A DNA stretch of 64,000 nucleotides, taken from positions 32,001 to 96,000 of the forward strand of contig CAVVEU010000008.1 in the NCBI GenBank assembly GCA_963747235.1, in the 5' to 3' direction. Position 1 is the first letter of the stretch, and the number at the start of each line of letters is the position of its first letter. Both the position numbers and the translations under genes were made by a program. A model generated the notes under the pieces. That model worked only from the letters and a program-made list of their open reading frames with translations, did no database searches and was not told the DNA's origin. Below, piece by piece: positions 21,402 through 32,378 of this stretch. This DNA comes from an uncultured Candidatus Rokubacteria bacterium. Its GTDB lineage: Bacteria; Methylomirabilota; Methylomirabilia; Rokubacteriales; CSP1-6.

Positions 21402-23244
21402 CTAGAGGATTTTCTCGTAGCGCCCGAGATCGTGGGCGGTGTCCATGAACCACTTGACGATCTCGGGATTCGAGCGCGGCGGGATCTCGCACGACGTGGA
21501 CAGGATGAACCCCGAGTGCTTGGCCGCGGTGTCGATGCACCGCCGCACCTCGGCCTCCATCTGCGCCCGGGTGGCCTTCTCGAACATCGTCGCGTCCACG
21601 TTGCCGATGGCCACCGCGCGCCCCTTGACGACCTGCATGAAGCGCTCGAGCTGGTCCACGTGCAGCGACGGATCGGACTGCTGGTCCAGGTCGAACGAGA
21701 TCGTGGTGAAGCCGCAGCCGATCAGGTCCTCGAAGATCGGGTAGGTGACGCCGCAGATGTGCGCGGTGACGCCCACCTTCTTCGCCTTGAAGTGGTCCAC
21801 CAGCTCCTTGTGGTAGGGCGCGATGAACTCCCGGTAGTTGTCCGGCGAGACCAGGCTGATGGAGGCGGTGGGCTCGGAGAACGAGAGCCCGATCTTGGTC
21901 TTCACGATCGCGTCGCCCCAGAGCTTGCAGAAGTCGGTGGTCAGCCGCATCACGTCGTGGATGAACTGCGGGTCCTCGAACGTGTCCAGCAGCATCATCT
22001 CCGGGTTGCGCAGCAGCATCGCGATCGTCCACGGCCCCACCGCGACCGCGCCGGTGGCGGCGGGCGGCGCCGCCTTCACGAGGGCCTCGCACTGCTCGAG
22101 GAAGCCGGGCAGCCGCGCGGTCTTGTAGGGATCGGGCATCCGGAGCTTGGCCAGGTCCGCCTTGTCCTCGAGCAGGTGCGTCTCGATCGAGGGCACCACG
22201 TAGTCGGAGTACTTGACGCCGCAGCCGAAGGCTTCCGCCTCCTTGGCGAGATCGTTGTACGCGAGCACCACGTCCGGCTGGTAGCGCTCGTAGTAGTTCA
22301 TCATCGCGTTGATGGCCTTCACCGGGTTGGTGCAGTACTCCTCGATGCTGAGCCCGTCGAGCGTGCCCGCGAACGAGGCCACGATCGGGTAGACCGGCAC
22401 CCGGTCCGAGAAGGAGCGCTTGTAGGCCGCCACCACCCGGTCGCGGTTGACCAGGCTTGGTCTTGCCCGCCTCGGCGTCCCAGAGCTTGTTCACTTCCAT
22501 GTAGCGCGGCGGCAGCTTGGCCTCGTACTCCATGAACTGGGTGATGGGGTAGCGGATGCCCCCGTTGTGGGTGCCGCGCAGGCCCTCCACGATCTCCTCC
22601 ATCCGCTCCCACGGGATGGAGAACGCCATCTCGTGATCCTGGGTCTGGCCGAAGATGCGGTCGCCCGAGCAGGGGAGGATCACCTGCGGCTCGCCGGTCT
22701 GCATGGTCGTCACGACGATGTCGGCGCAGACCGCGCGGCCCTCGAAGGAGGACGTGAGCCGGCCGCCCCGCTTCCAGAGCGCGGCCTGGGTCAGGCGCAT
22801 CACCTGGGCCGGGTTGGCGTAGACGCAGACCACGTGCGGCTCGAAGGTGGCGCGGTCGAGCGGGGCCACCAGCAGGCAGTGGTACTCGCCGGGCGCGAAC
22901 TTGTCGATGGCGGCCTCGGAGCGCTGGCCCGCGGCCTTGGTCTCGGTGTACATGCCCTCGCACAGCGTGCCCACGTTGTAGATGGGCAGCGGCTTGTCGA
23001 AGCCGATCGCGGTGATGCCGAGCGAGCAGATGTGGTCCTCGCGGGTCAGCGCGATGGTCCAGCCGTAGCGCCGCGACATGTCGATGACCTGGCAGCTCAT
23101 GGAGAGCTTCTTGAAGTCGCGGGCGGGCCGGCGCGCGCGCTCCGGGATCTCCTCGCCCGCCTTGAGCATGCGGATCGCCACCGGGAACGTCTGCGGGCGC
23201 AGGTACGTCTGCAGCTCCCGGTCCGCCGTCTTCACGTCGATCAT
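21402..23244 (-). CDS. DUF169 domain fused to a UroD/MtaA-CmuA-family methyltransferase domain; frameshift near 22455
   Basis: N-half FPVAIR, CQVI...R, CSLG, NPAQVMRL, C.GDR.F (DUF169); C-half DRVPVYP, EAEAFG, GPWT, EPTAS, HICG, STSCEIP; AAGGAG RBS. Confidence 0.82.
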
Positions 23245-23327
23245 GGGCGTCTCCTTGTCACGGAGGCTACGGGGGGCCTTCTGGGTTGTCAAGGGAAGGC
23301 GCCCGGTTCCGCTACAATATCGCCGCG

Positions 23328-23618
23328 ATGGCGCGATACCGGATCATCCAGTGGCGCGATCTCCCCTCGCTGGTGGAGGCGATGGACGGCGAGCACACCG
23401 TGCGCGTCCCGCTCTCCCAGCGCTTCCAGGACCTGATCGACGCCCTGGCCATGCGCGAGGGCGCCACCGAGAGCGAGGCCTACCTGGAAGGCTGGGCGCC
23501 GGGCCCCGAGACCGAACGCCCCGGCGACGCCGAGACGGTCGCCCGCGAAGTCGCCGCCGAGCTGGAAGAAGGCTTCCAGGACCTCGTCACCCGCCGCTTC
23601 CTCGGCCCACCCCGCTAG
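23328..23618 (+). CDS. PF13769 'virulence factor'-like small protein
   Basis: WRDLP...RFQDLIDALAM...EAYLEGW pattern. Confidence 0.75.
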   Translation: MARYRIIQWRDLPSLVEAMDGEHTVRVPLSQRFQDLIDALAMREGATESEAYLEGWAPGPETERPGDAETVAREVAAELEEGFQDLVTRRFLGPPR

Positions 23619-23671
23619 CTCGCCGGGCCCGAGCTCCGAGCCTCGGCCCTGAGCTATACTCCGCCAAGCCA

Positions 23672-23875
23672 ATGAAGGCCGCGGAGCTGCTGGTCGCCTG
23701 CTTCCTGCTGTTCGGGGCGTGCCTCGTCTGGCCGCTGCTCGCCATCGCCAACCACCCCGTCCTGATCCTGGGGGTGCCCGCGCTGGTGCTCTACCTCTTC
23801 GCGGTCTGGGCCGCCATGGTCGCGGTCCTGATCGCGCTGGCCCGGCGCCTCCGCGCGCCCGAGGAGGAGTCGTGA
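23672..23875 (+). CDS. Small two-TM membrane protein preceding the SLC5 kinase
   Basis: WPLL...LGVPALVLYLFAVW; overlaps the kinase start. Confidence 0.75.
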   Translation: MKAAELLVACFLLFGACLVWPLLAIANHPVLILGVPALVLYLFAVWAAMVAVLIALARRLRAPEEES

Positions 23876-26800
23876 GCGGCCTGTCGCCCACCGCGCTCCT
23901 CTCCATCGTCCTCGGCTACCTGGCCTTCCTCTTCCTGGTCGCGTCGGTGGCGGAGGCCTTCGCCCCGCGCCTGGCCCGGGGCCGCCCGGCCACGCTGATC
24001 TACGTGCTCGCCGCCTCGGTGTACTGCACCGCGTGGACCTTCTACGGCAGCGTGGGCCTGGCCGCCAACCGCGGGCTCGAGTTCCTGACCATCTACCTGG
24101 GGCCGGCCTGCGTGGCGCTCCTGTGGCCGGTGCTGCTGCGCAAGCTCGTGCGGGTGTCCAAGGAGCAGCGCATCACCTCGGTCTCCGACTTCATCTCGAG
24201 CCGCTACGGCAAGTCGGCGTCGCTGGGGACGCTGGTGGCGGCCCTGGTGGTCTGCGGCATGATCCCGTACATCGCGCTGCAGCTGAAGGCGGTGTCCGCG
24301 TCGTTCCGGATGATCCTCCGGGAGGAATCGGTGCTCGAGGTCTTCGACCCGACCCTGGTGGTGGCGGTGACCCTCGCCCTCTTCGGCATCCTCTTCGGCG
24401 CGCGCAACCTCGACTTCACCAAGCGGCAGACCGGCCTCATGACCGCGGTGGCGGTGGAGTCGGTGGTCAAGCTCCTCGCCTTCCTCCTGGTCGGCGTCTA
24501 CGTGACGTGGGGGCTCTTCGGCGGGTTCGCCGATCTCTTCGGCCAGGTGGCGGCGAATCCCGAGCTGTCGCGCCTGCTCACCCTCGACCAGGCGGGCACC
24601 GCCTCCTACGCGCGCTGGACCGCCATGCTCGTGATCTCGATGCTGGCCGTGATGTTCCTGCCGCGCCAGTTCCACGTGCTGGTCGTCCAGAACCAGCGCG
24701 AGCGCGACGTCAACGCGGTCTCCTGGTCCTTCCCGCTCTACCTGTTCCTGATCAACATCTTCGTGCTGCCGATCGCCTTCGCGGGCCTGCTCGTCTTCCC
24801 GGAGGCGGGCGCGCAGGCCGACGGGTTCATCCTCCGCCTGCCGCTGGCCTTCGACAGCCAGCTCATCTCGGTGCTCGTGTTCCTGGGCGGCTTCTCGGCG
24901 GCCACCGCCATGATCGTGGTGGACTCGCTCGCCCTGTCCAAGATGATCACCAACGACATCATCCTGCCCATGCTGCTGCGGCGCCGGCGCATGGAGGACA
25001 TCTACTGGATCACCCTCTTCTACACCCGCCTCGCGATGCTGGCGGTGGTGGCGCTCGGCTTCGCGTGGGCGCGCATGGAGCACGGCCAGCTCCTCCTGGT
25101 GGAGATGGGGCTGCTCTCCTTCATCGCGGTGGCCCAGTGCGCGCCCGCCATCCTGCTCGGCCTCTACTGGCGGCGCGGCAACCGCCGGGGCGCCTACGTG
25201 GGAATCTCGGCCGGCTTCTTCGTGTGGTTCTACACGCTCATCCTGCCGGCCCTGGGCAAGGAGGAGATCTTCGGCGCCTCGTTCCTGGCGGACGGGCCGT
25301 TCGGCCTGTGGCTGCTGCGCCCCACCGCATTCCTCGGGCTCGAAGGGCTCGATACCATCAGCCACGGGGTCTTCTGGTCCTTCTTCTTCAACGTGGGGCT
25401 CTTCGTGGTGGTGTCGCTGCTCACCGAGCAGGACGCCGACGATCGGGCCCAGGCCGCCGCCTTCGTGGGGGTCGCGGTCGAGGACAAGCCGGCCCCGGGC
25501 GCGCCCGCGATCCTGTCCGCGCCCGAGATCGAGCGGCTCGTCCATCACTACGTCGGCGACGAGGACGCGGAGGCCATCGTGCGCGAGCTGTTCGGCGCCA
25601 AGGCCCCCGCCGATCTGTCGGTGCCCGAGCTGCTCGAGATGCGCATCCGCTTCGAGCGCATCCTCGCCGCCTCGCTGGGCGCGGCGGCCGCGCGCATCAT
25701 CGTGGAGGACCACTTCACGATCTCCAAGGAAGAAGCCCAGCAGCTCGTCACCTCCTTCCAGCGCATGCAGCAGTCCCTGCGGGTCACCGAGGAGGAGGTC
25801 AAGCGCGGCGAGCGGCTGCTCGCCTCGGTGGTCGAGAGCGTGGACGACTGCATCTTCACCGCGGACACCACCGGCCGGCTCGTGACCATGAACCCGGCGG
25901 GGCGCCGGCTGCTCGGCTACGAGCTCTTCGAGGTGAGCCGGCTCCGCTACCCGGACCTGCTCGCCGCGGACGAGCGGGGCGGCGCGGGCGGCATCGTCGC
26001 CGCGCTCGAGGTCGGGCGCGGCTGGAGCGGGCAGGTGACCGGCCGCCGCGGGCGGGGCGACGTCTTCCCGGCCCACCTGGCCCTGACCGCGCTCTTCGAC
26101 GACCGCGGCCAGCGCATGGGCACGGTGGGCGTGCTGCACGACCTGACCGAGCAGGTGGAGACGCAGCGGCGGCTGATCCACCGCGAGAAGCTGGCGTCGC
26201 TCGGCGAGATGGCGGCGGGGGTGGCCCACGAGATCCGCAATCCGCTGGGCGGGATCAAGATGGCGACCAACCTGCTGTCCTCCCCGGAGGTGGACGGCAG
26301 CCCCTTGTCGCAGGAGATGGCCCGGTCCATCCTGTCCGGCATCGGCGAGATCGAGGGCATCATCAACAACCTCCTGGACTGGACGCGGGACGCGCGGCTC
26401 GAGCGCAACGAGTACGCGCTGGCGCGCATCCTGGACCCGGTGGTGGAGGCGGCGGCGGGCGAGGGGCGGGCCCGGGGCGTCCAGGTCGGCTACGGGCGGC
26501 TCGAGCGCGAGGTGGTCGCGGTGGTGGACGGCCAGAAGCTCCGCCAGGTCTTCACCAATGTCATGAAGAACGCGGTGGAGGCCATCGAGCCGCGTCGGGG
26601 CGCCGGCCGCGTCACGGTGGATCTCTTCGCGGAGGGCGACCGGGCGGTGGTCGAGGTGGTGGACGACGGCGTCGGGATCTCGCCGGAGGACCGCGACAAG
26701 ATCTTCCTGCCCTTCTTCACCACCAAGCCCTCGGGCACGGGCCTCGGCATGTCCATCGTCAAGAAGATCGTGGACCTCCACGCGGGGGACATCGCGATCG

Positions 26801-26886
26801 AGAGCGCGCCGGGCCGCGGCACGCGGGTTCGCATCTCATTCCCGGCGGTGGGCGCGGCCCAGCCGGTGGCTGGAGGCACTCCATGA
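23872..26886 (+). CDS. SLC5 (Na+:solute symporter)-fused PAS histidine kinase, CrbS/CbrA-like
   Basis: VYCTAWTFYGSVG, DFISSRYGKS, PYIALQLKA, LPRQFH; STAC-like ERILAASLGAAAAR; PAS; HEIRNPL; GTGLG. Confidence 0.92.
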   Translation: MSGLSPTALLSIVLGYLAFLFLVASVAEAFAPRLARGRPATLIYVLAASVYCTAWTFYGSVGLAANRGLEFLTIYLGPACVALLWPVLLRKLVRVSKEQRITSVSDFISSRYGKSASLGTLVAALVVCGMIPYIALQLKAVSASFRMILREESVLEVFDPTLVVAVTLALFGILFGARNLDFTKRQTGLMTAVAVESVVKLLAFLLVGVYVTWGLFGGFADLFGQVAANPELSRLLTLDQAGTASYARWTAMLVISMLAVMFLPRQFHVLVVQNQRERDVNAVSWSFPLYLFLINIFVLPIAFAGLLVFPEAGAQADGFILRLPLAFDSQLISVLVFLGGFSAATAMIVVDSLALSKMITNDIILPMLLRRRRMEDIYWITLFYTRLAMLAVVALGFAWARMEHGQLLLVEMGLLSFIAVAQCAPAILLGLYWRRGNRRGAYVGISAGFFVWFYTLILPALGKEEIFGASFLADGPFGLWLLRPTAFLGLEGLDTISHGVFWSFFFNVGLFVVVSLLTEQDADDRAQAAAFVGVAVEDKPAPGAPAILSAPEIERLVHHYVGDEDAEAIVRELFGAKAPADLSVPELLEMRIRFERILAASLGAAAARIIVEDHFTISKEEAQQLVTSFQRMQQSLRVTEEEVKRGERLLASVVESVDDCIFTADTTGRLVTMNPAGRRLLGYELFEVSRLRYPDLLAADERGGAGGIVAALEVGRGWSGQVTGRRGRGDVFPAHLALTALFDDRGQRMGTVGVLHDLTEQVETQRRLIHREKLASLGEMAAGVAHEIRNPLGGIKMATNLLSSPEVDGSPLSQEMARSILSGIGEIEGIINNLLDWTRDARLERNEYALARILDPVVEAAAGEGRARGVQVGYGRLEREVVAVVDGQKLRQVFTNVMKNAVEAIEPRRGAGRVTVDLFAEGDRAVVEVVDDGVGISPEDRDKIFLPFFTTKPSGTGLGMSIVKKIVDLHAGDIAIESAPGRGTRVRISFPAVGAAQPVAGGTP

Positions 26887-28269
26887 AGCGACGGCTCCTG
26901 CTGGTCGAGGACGACGAGGTCTTTCTCCGGCCGCTGCACCGCACCCTCGAGCTGAAGGGCTACGAGGTGGTGCCGGTCCACAGCGCGGAGGAGGCGCTCG
27001 AGTCGCTCAAGGCCGAGGACGTGGACGTGGTGCTCACCGACCGCCGCCTGCCCGGGATGGACGGCGTCGAGCTGGTGCGGCAGATCAAGGCGGAGCATCC
27101 GGACCTGGCGGTGGTGGTCATGACCGCCTACGGCACCATCGAGTCGGCGGTCGAGGCGATGCGGCTCGGGGCCGAGGACTACCTGGTGAAGCCGTTCGAG
27201 GCGGCCGAGCTGCTGCTGGTGATCCGGCGGGCCATCGAGTTCCAGGAGCTGAAGTCGGCGAACCGCCGGACGATCCGGCGCAACCAGGAGCGCTTCACGT
27301 TCGGCAACATCGTGGCGGCCAGCGCGGGCATGCAGGCGGTGTTCGACCTGCTGCGCTCGGTGGTGGATCTGGATACCACCGTGCTCATCCACGGGGAGAC
27401 CGGCGTCGGCAAGGAGCTGCTCGCGCGCTCCATCCACTTCTCGGGGGCCCGGCGCGACCGGCCCTTCGTGGCGGTCAACTGCGCGGCCATCCCCGCCGAG
27501 CTGTTCGAGTCCGAGCTGTTCGGCTCCCGGCGGGGCGCCTTCACCGGCGCCACCGAGCACCGGCGCGGCCACTTCCAGATGGCCCACGGGGGCACCCTGC
27601 TCCTCGACGAGATCGGGGAGATGCCGCTGCATCTGCAGAGCAAGCTCCTGCGCGCGATCGAGGAGAAGAAGGTGACGTCGGTGGGCGCGGATCGCTCGGT
27701 GGACGTGGACGTGCGCTTCATCGCCACCACCAACAAGGACCTGCAGGTGGAGGTGGAGCACGGGACCTTCCGCCGCGACCTGTTCTACCGCCTCTCGGTC
27801 ATGCCGGTGCGGGTGCCCGCGCTGCGCGAGCGCCCGGAGGACATCCCGCTGCTCGCCCGGCACTTCGTGGAGCAGGCGGGGCGCCGCATCAAGAAGGCGG
27901 TGCGCGACATCTCGCCCGGAGAGCCTCGGGGCGCTGATGCGGTACCCGTGGCCCGGCAACGTGCGCGAGCTCGAGAACGTCATCGAGCGCGCGGTCATCG
28001 TGGCCACCGGCGACATCCTCGCGGACCTGGAGCGCTTCCTCGCGCCGACCGGCGCCCACGCGCCGGTGGATCTGTCGCTGCCGTTCCGGGACGCCAAGGC
28101 CCGGGTGGTGGAGGACTTCGAGCGCGCCTACATCGACGGGCTGCTCAAGAGCCATGGGGGCAAGCTCACCGCGGCGGCCAAGCACGCGGACATGGATCCC
28201 AAGAACTTCTCCGACAAGATCCAGCGCTACGGCCTGCGCCGCTCCGCGCCGGAGCCGCCCCCCGCCTAG
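26883..28269 (+). CDS. sigma54-dependent response regulator; frameshift near 27920
   Basis: Receiver, [34 protein letters not shown]. Confidence 0.92.
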
Positions 28270-29501
28270 AAGAACAGGACGGTCACGAGCGCGAAGAGCG
28301 GCAGCAGGACCGCGCCGCTGTAGGCCATGTAGCCGAAGAAGCTCGGCATGCGCACGCCGGCCGATTCCGCGATCGCCTTGACCATGAAGTTGGGGGCGTT
28401 GCCGATGTAGGTGTTGGCCCCCATCGCCACCGCGCCCACGCTGATGCCGGCCAGGATCACGTGCGGCACCCCGACCACCTCGGCGGGCAGCCCGAGGCTC
28501 TGGGCCAGCGCGAGGAACGTGAGATACGTCGGCGCGTTGTCGAGGAACGACGACAGCACGCCGGTGGCCCAGAAGAACTGCCAGGGCTGCCGCACGCCGA
28601 GCTCGCCGCCGCGCGTGTGCAGCAGCTCGAGCGCGGGGATCATGGTGAGGAAGATCCCCAGGAAGAGCACCGCCACTTCCACCATCGGGCCCGCGGTGAA
28701 GTGGTTCGCCCGGCGGATCGTCTTCGGCGTCCGCCACAGGGAGATGCCGGCCAGGACCAGGATGGCGAGCTCGCGCACCGGCGCGTGCAGGAAGGCCACC
28801 GCGGCCACCACGCCCGCGAGCCAGGCCCCGTTGAGCGCGCCGCGGATCCGGAGCGGCTCGATCTGGGTGTGATCGCGCCGGAGCGCCGCCTTCGTCTCGC
28901 GCGCGTGCTGGCGCGAGTCCCAGACGTGGTACAGCAGCAGCAGCGCCGCGGTCATGGTGAGCCAGGGCCCCCACAGCCGCAGCGTCCACGCGAACGGGAC
29001 GCCCTGCAGGTAGCCGAGGAAGAGCGGCGGATCGCCCAGCGGGGTGAGCATGCCCCCGATATTGGAGACCAGGAAGATGAAGAACACCACGGTGTGCGTG
29101 ACCCGCGCCCGCTCCCGGTTGGTCTGCAGCAGCGGCCGGATCAGGAGCATGGAGGCGCCGGTGGTGCCGACGAGGGAGGCGAGCAGGCTGCCGGTGGCCA
29201 GGAAGGCGGTGTTCACGAGCGGGGTGGCCTCCAGATCGCCGGTCAGGCGGACGCCGCCCGCGATCACGTAGAGCCCGGCGAGGAGGATGATGAACGAGAC
29301 GTAGTCGGTCGCCATGTGCACGAGCGCGCCGGGCTGCCGGGCCAGGTAGAGGACCAGCACCGGCGCCCCCAGCCCCGCGGCCACCACCAGCTTGCTCCGG
29401 TTCGACTCCCACCAGTGCGGCAGCCAGAGCGGGAAGAGGGCGATGGCGAGGAGCATCGCGACGAAGGGCAGCACGGTGTAGAGCGGCAGCGCGGTCGGCA
29501 C
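28266..29501 (-). CDS. IT-superfamily putative Na+:H+ antiporter / carboxylate transporter
   Basis: GTTGASMLLIRP, NIGGMLTPLGDPPL, LSSFLDNAPTY, TYIGNAPN. Confidence 0.85.
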   Translation of the reverse strand: MPTALPLYTVLPFVAMLLAIALFPLWLPHWWESNRSKLVVAAGLGAPVLVLYLARQPGALVHMATDYVSFIILLAGLYVIAGGVRLTGDLEATPLVNTAFLATGSLLASLVGTTGASMLLIRPLLQTNRERARVTHTVVFFIFLVSNIGGMLTPLGDPPLFLGYLQGVPFAWTLRLWGPWLTMTAALLLLYHVWDSRQHARETKAALRRDHTQIEPLRIRGALNGAWLAGVVAAVAFLHAPVRELAILVLAGISLWRTPKTIRRANHFTAGPMVEVAVLFLGIFLTMIPALELLHTRGGELGVRQPWQFFWATGVLSSFLDNAPTYLTFLALAQSLGLPAEVVGVPHVILAGISVGAVAMGANTYIGNAPNFMVKAIAESAGVRMPSFFGYMAYSGAVLLPLFALVTVLFF

Positions 29502-29597
29502 GCGGCGATCTTACTCCCTTGAAGTTGCGGGGCGGATGGTTTAGAAGGGGAGCGGCGCGGCGACGCGCCGATCCTCACCCGAGAACGAGGTCCCCCA

Positions 29598-31551
29598 ATG
29601 GCCAGCGAGACCAAAGGCAGCAGCGCCGTCGAAGCCCTCCTGAAAGAGAAGCGGCGGTTTCCCCCGCCGAAGGAGTTCGTCAAGCACGCCAACGTCAAGA
29701 GCCCGTCGATCTACAAGGAGGCGGCCAAGAATCCGGCCCGCTTCTGGGAGCGCTTCGCCAAGGAGCTCGACTGGTTCAAGCCCTGGAAGACGGTCGTGCA
29801 GTGGAAGGCGCCCCACGCCAAGTGGTTCGTGGGCGGCAAGCTGAACGTGGCCTACAACTGCCTCGATCGTCACGTGGCCACCGCGCGCAAGACCAAGGCC
29901 GCCATCATCTGGGAAGGGGAGCCGGGCGACACGCGGGTGCTCACCTACTGGGACCTCTACCGCGAGGTCAACCGCTTCGCGGCCGCGCTCAAGCGGCGCG
30001 GGGTCAAGAAGGGCGACCGGGTCACCATCTACATGCCGATGGTGCCGGAGCTGCCGATCGCGATGCTGGCCTGCGCGCGCATCGGGGCCCCGCACAGCGT
30101 GATCTTCGGCGGGTTCGCCCCCGAGGCGGTGCGCGACCGCATCCACGACGCGGAGTCCACCGTGCTCATCACCGCCGACGGCGGCTTCCGCCGCGGCGGC
30201 ACGGTGGCGCTCAAGAAGAACGTGGACGAGGCGCTCAAGGAATGCCCCGACGTGAGCACCGTGATCGTGCTCAAGCGCACGCGCCAGGACATCGACATGC
30301 AGGCGGGGCGCGACATCTGGTGGGACGACTTCGTCAAGGACGCGCCCGCCTACTGCGCGCCCGAGAAGATGGACTCCGAGGACATGCTGTACCTGCTCTA
30401 CACCTCGGGCTCCACCGGCAAGCCGAAGGGCATCGTGCACACCACCGGCGGGCTACCTCACCGGGGTCTACGCGACCACCAAGTGGATCTTCGACCTGAA
30501 GGACACCGACGTGTACTGGTGCACCGCCGACATCGGCTGGGTCACCGGCCACTCCTACATCGTCTACGGGCCCCTCGCCAACGGCACCACCACCGTGATG
30601 TACGAGGGCACGCCGGACTATCCGGACAAGGACCGCTTCTGGCGGATCGTCGAGAAGTACGGCGTCACCATCTGCTACACCGCGCCCACCGCCATCCGCA
30701 CCTTCATGCGCTGGGGCGAGGAGTATCCCGAAGCGCTGCGATCTCTCGAGCCTCCGCCTGCTCGGCTCGGTCGGGAGAGCCGATCAACCCCGAGGCCTGG
30801 GTCTGGTACTGGAAGGTCATCGGGGGCGGCCGCTGCCCGGTGGTGGACACGTGGTGGCAGACCGAGACCGGCCACATCCTGATCACCCCGCTGCCCGGGA
30901 TCACCACGCTCAAGCCCGGCTCGGCCACCCGCCCGTTCCCCGGCATCGAGGCCGACGTGGTCAACGACCGGGGCGAGTCCGCCAAGGCGGGCTACCTCGT
31001 GCTCAAGAAGCCGTGGCCGGGCATGCTGCGCGGCATCTACCGCGACCCGCAGCGCTTCGTCGACCCAGTACTGGAGCAAGTACCCGGGCATCTACTTCAC
31101 GGGCGACGGCGCCAAGATCGACGAGGACGGCTACTTCTGGCTGCTCGGCCGGGTGGACGACGTCATGAACATCTCGGGCCACCGCGTCTCCACCATGGAG
31201 GTGGAGTCGGCCCTGGTGGACCACCCGCACGTGGCCGAAGCCGCGGTGATCGGGCGGCCCCACGAGATCAAGGGGCAGGCGATCGCGGCCTTCGTGACCA
31301 TCAAGGACGGCACCAAGCCCTCCAAGGAGCTGATGGAGGAGATCAAGGGGCACGTGACCAAGAAGATCGGGGCCCTCGCGCGGCCCGACGACCTGATCTT
31401 CGCGGCGGACCTGCCCAAGACGCGCTCCGGCAAGATCATGCGCCGCCTGCTGCGCGACATCGCCGAGGGCAAGGCGCTGGGGGACACGACCACGCTGGCC
31501 GACCCGGCCGTCGTCGCCACCCTCAAGGAGAAGTACGGCGAGGAGGAGTAG
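29598..31551 (+). CDS. acs: Acetyl-CoA synthetase; frameshifts near 30450, 30730-30775 and 31065
   Basis: [46 protein letters not shown]. Confidence 0.96.
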
Positions 31552-31661
31552 GCCGGGCCCTTGGTACTGGTGCCAAGATCGCCGGGTGCCGGTACCAGGG
31601 AGGGGCCGGTCCGCGCCGCGGCTCCGCGCATGGAATTGGCCGGTTGGGCCGCGCGACGACC

Positions 31662-31677
31662 TGGCATCCTTCGTGCT
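31662..31677 (+). promoter_or_regulatory. sigma54 promoter (TGGCAT-N5-GTGCT) upstream of the actP operon
   Basis: GG-N10-GC spacing. Confidence 0.55.
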
Positions 31678-31690
31678 GCGCCTCCCGCCG

Positions 31691-32002
31691 ATGCGTTGCC
31701 GGCGGATCGTGTTGATGATTGCGCTTTGCGTGACCTTCGACTTGACGAATCCCTTCGTCGGGTCCGCCTTCAACTTCAATGCCGACGAGACCATGGACGG
31801 GGTGGCGCGCCAGCATGAGCCGCTCCTCCATCAGGCCGGCGTGGTGCCGCTTCCGAGGCCCTCGGGCGGGGACGAGGCCGCGCTCGCCCGATCCGTGCGC
31901 ACCTGGGTGTTCCCGTCCCGCGCGCTGGGCGAGTGGTTCGTGCAGCTGAGGCAGGCTCACGCCCCGCAGTCCGATCCGCAGTCGCCGACCGAAGACCACT
32001 AA
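31691..32002 (+). CDS. Small hypothetical protein with N-terminal hydrophobic segment
   Basis: MRCRRIVLMIALCVTFDLTNPF...; fills the gap between acs and DUF4212. Confidence 0.55.
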   Translation: MRCRRIVLMIALCVTFDLTNPFVGSAFNFNADETMDGVARQHEPLLHQAGVVPLPRPSGGDEAALARSVRTWVFPSRALGEWFVQLRQAHAPQSDPQSPTEDH

Positions 32003-32105
32003 CTCCTGCCCCGCTGCACCTTCGCGTGCCCGTTCGTTCGCGCCGCACGCCGATCGGGCTGTGCGTTGCCGGCCGATGCAAAACAATCTCTCAGGGAGGG
32101 ATCCA

Positions 32106-32375
32106 ATGGCGGATCTGACCGACAAGCAGAAGGACGACTACTGGCGGTACAACGTCAAGCTCACCACGATCCTGCTGGTGATCTGGTTCGTGGTGACGTA
32201 TCTGATCTCCGGGCTGTGGGCGAGCTGGCTCAATCAGTACACGATGCTCGGCTTTCCGATGGGGTACTACATGGCGGCCCAGGGCTCGCTCGCGATCTTC
32301 GTCGTCGAGATCGCGGTGTACGCCTACCTCATGAATCGCAAGGACGAAGAGTTCGGCATTCGCGAGGAGGCCTAG
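32106..32375 (+). CDS. DUF4212 small subunit of solute symporter
   Basis: YWRYN...LLVIWFVV...GFPMGYYMAAQGS; GGGAGG RBS. Confidence 0.9.
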   Translation: MADLTDKQKDDYWRYNVKLTTILLVIWFVVTYLISGLWASWLNQYTMLGFPMGYYMAAQGSLAIFVVEIAVYAYLMNRKDEEFGIREEA

Positions 32376-32378
32376 CCC

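Noticed and set aside
21402-22450. Annotation as hemE
   Set aside because: Lacks the HemE RQAGR motif and has the HxC...C Zn pattern of methyltransferases
24033-29522. 1829-aa ORF and other long Arg/Gly/Pro-rich ORFs
   Set aside because: Shadow frames typical of high-GC DNA; only the embedded regulator segment is real
29598-31551. Programmed frameshifting or pseudogene status for acs and others
   Set aside because: No slippery heptamer with stimulator noticed, indels are scattered across unrelated genes, and catalytic motifs are intact
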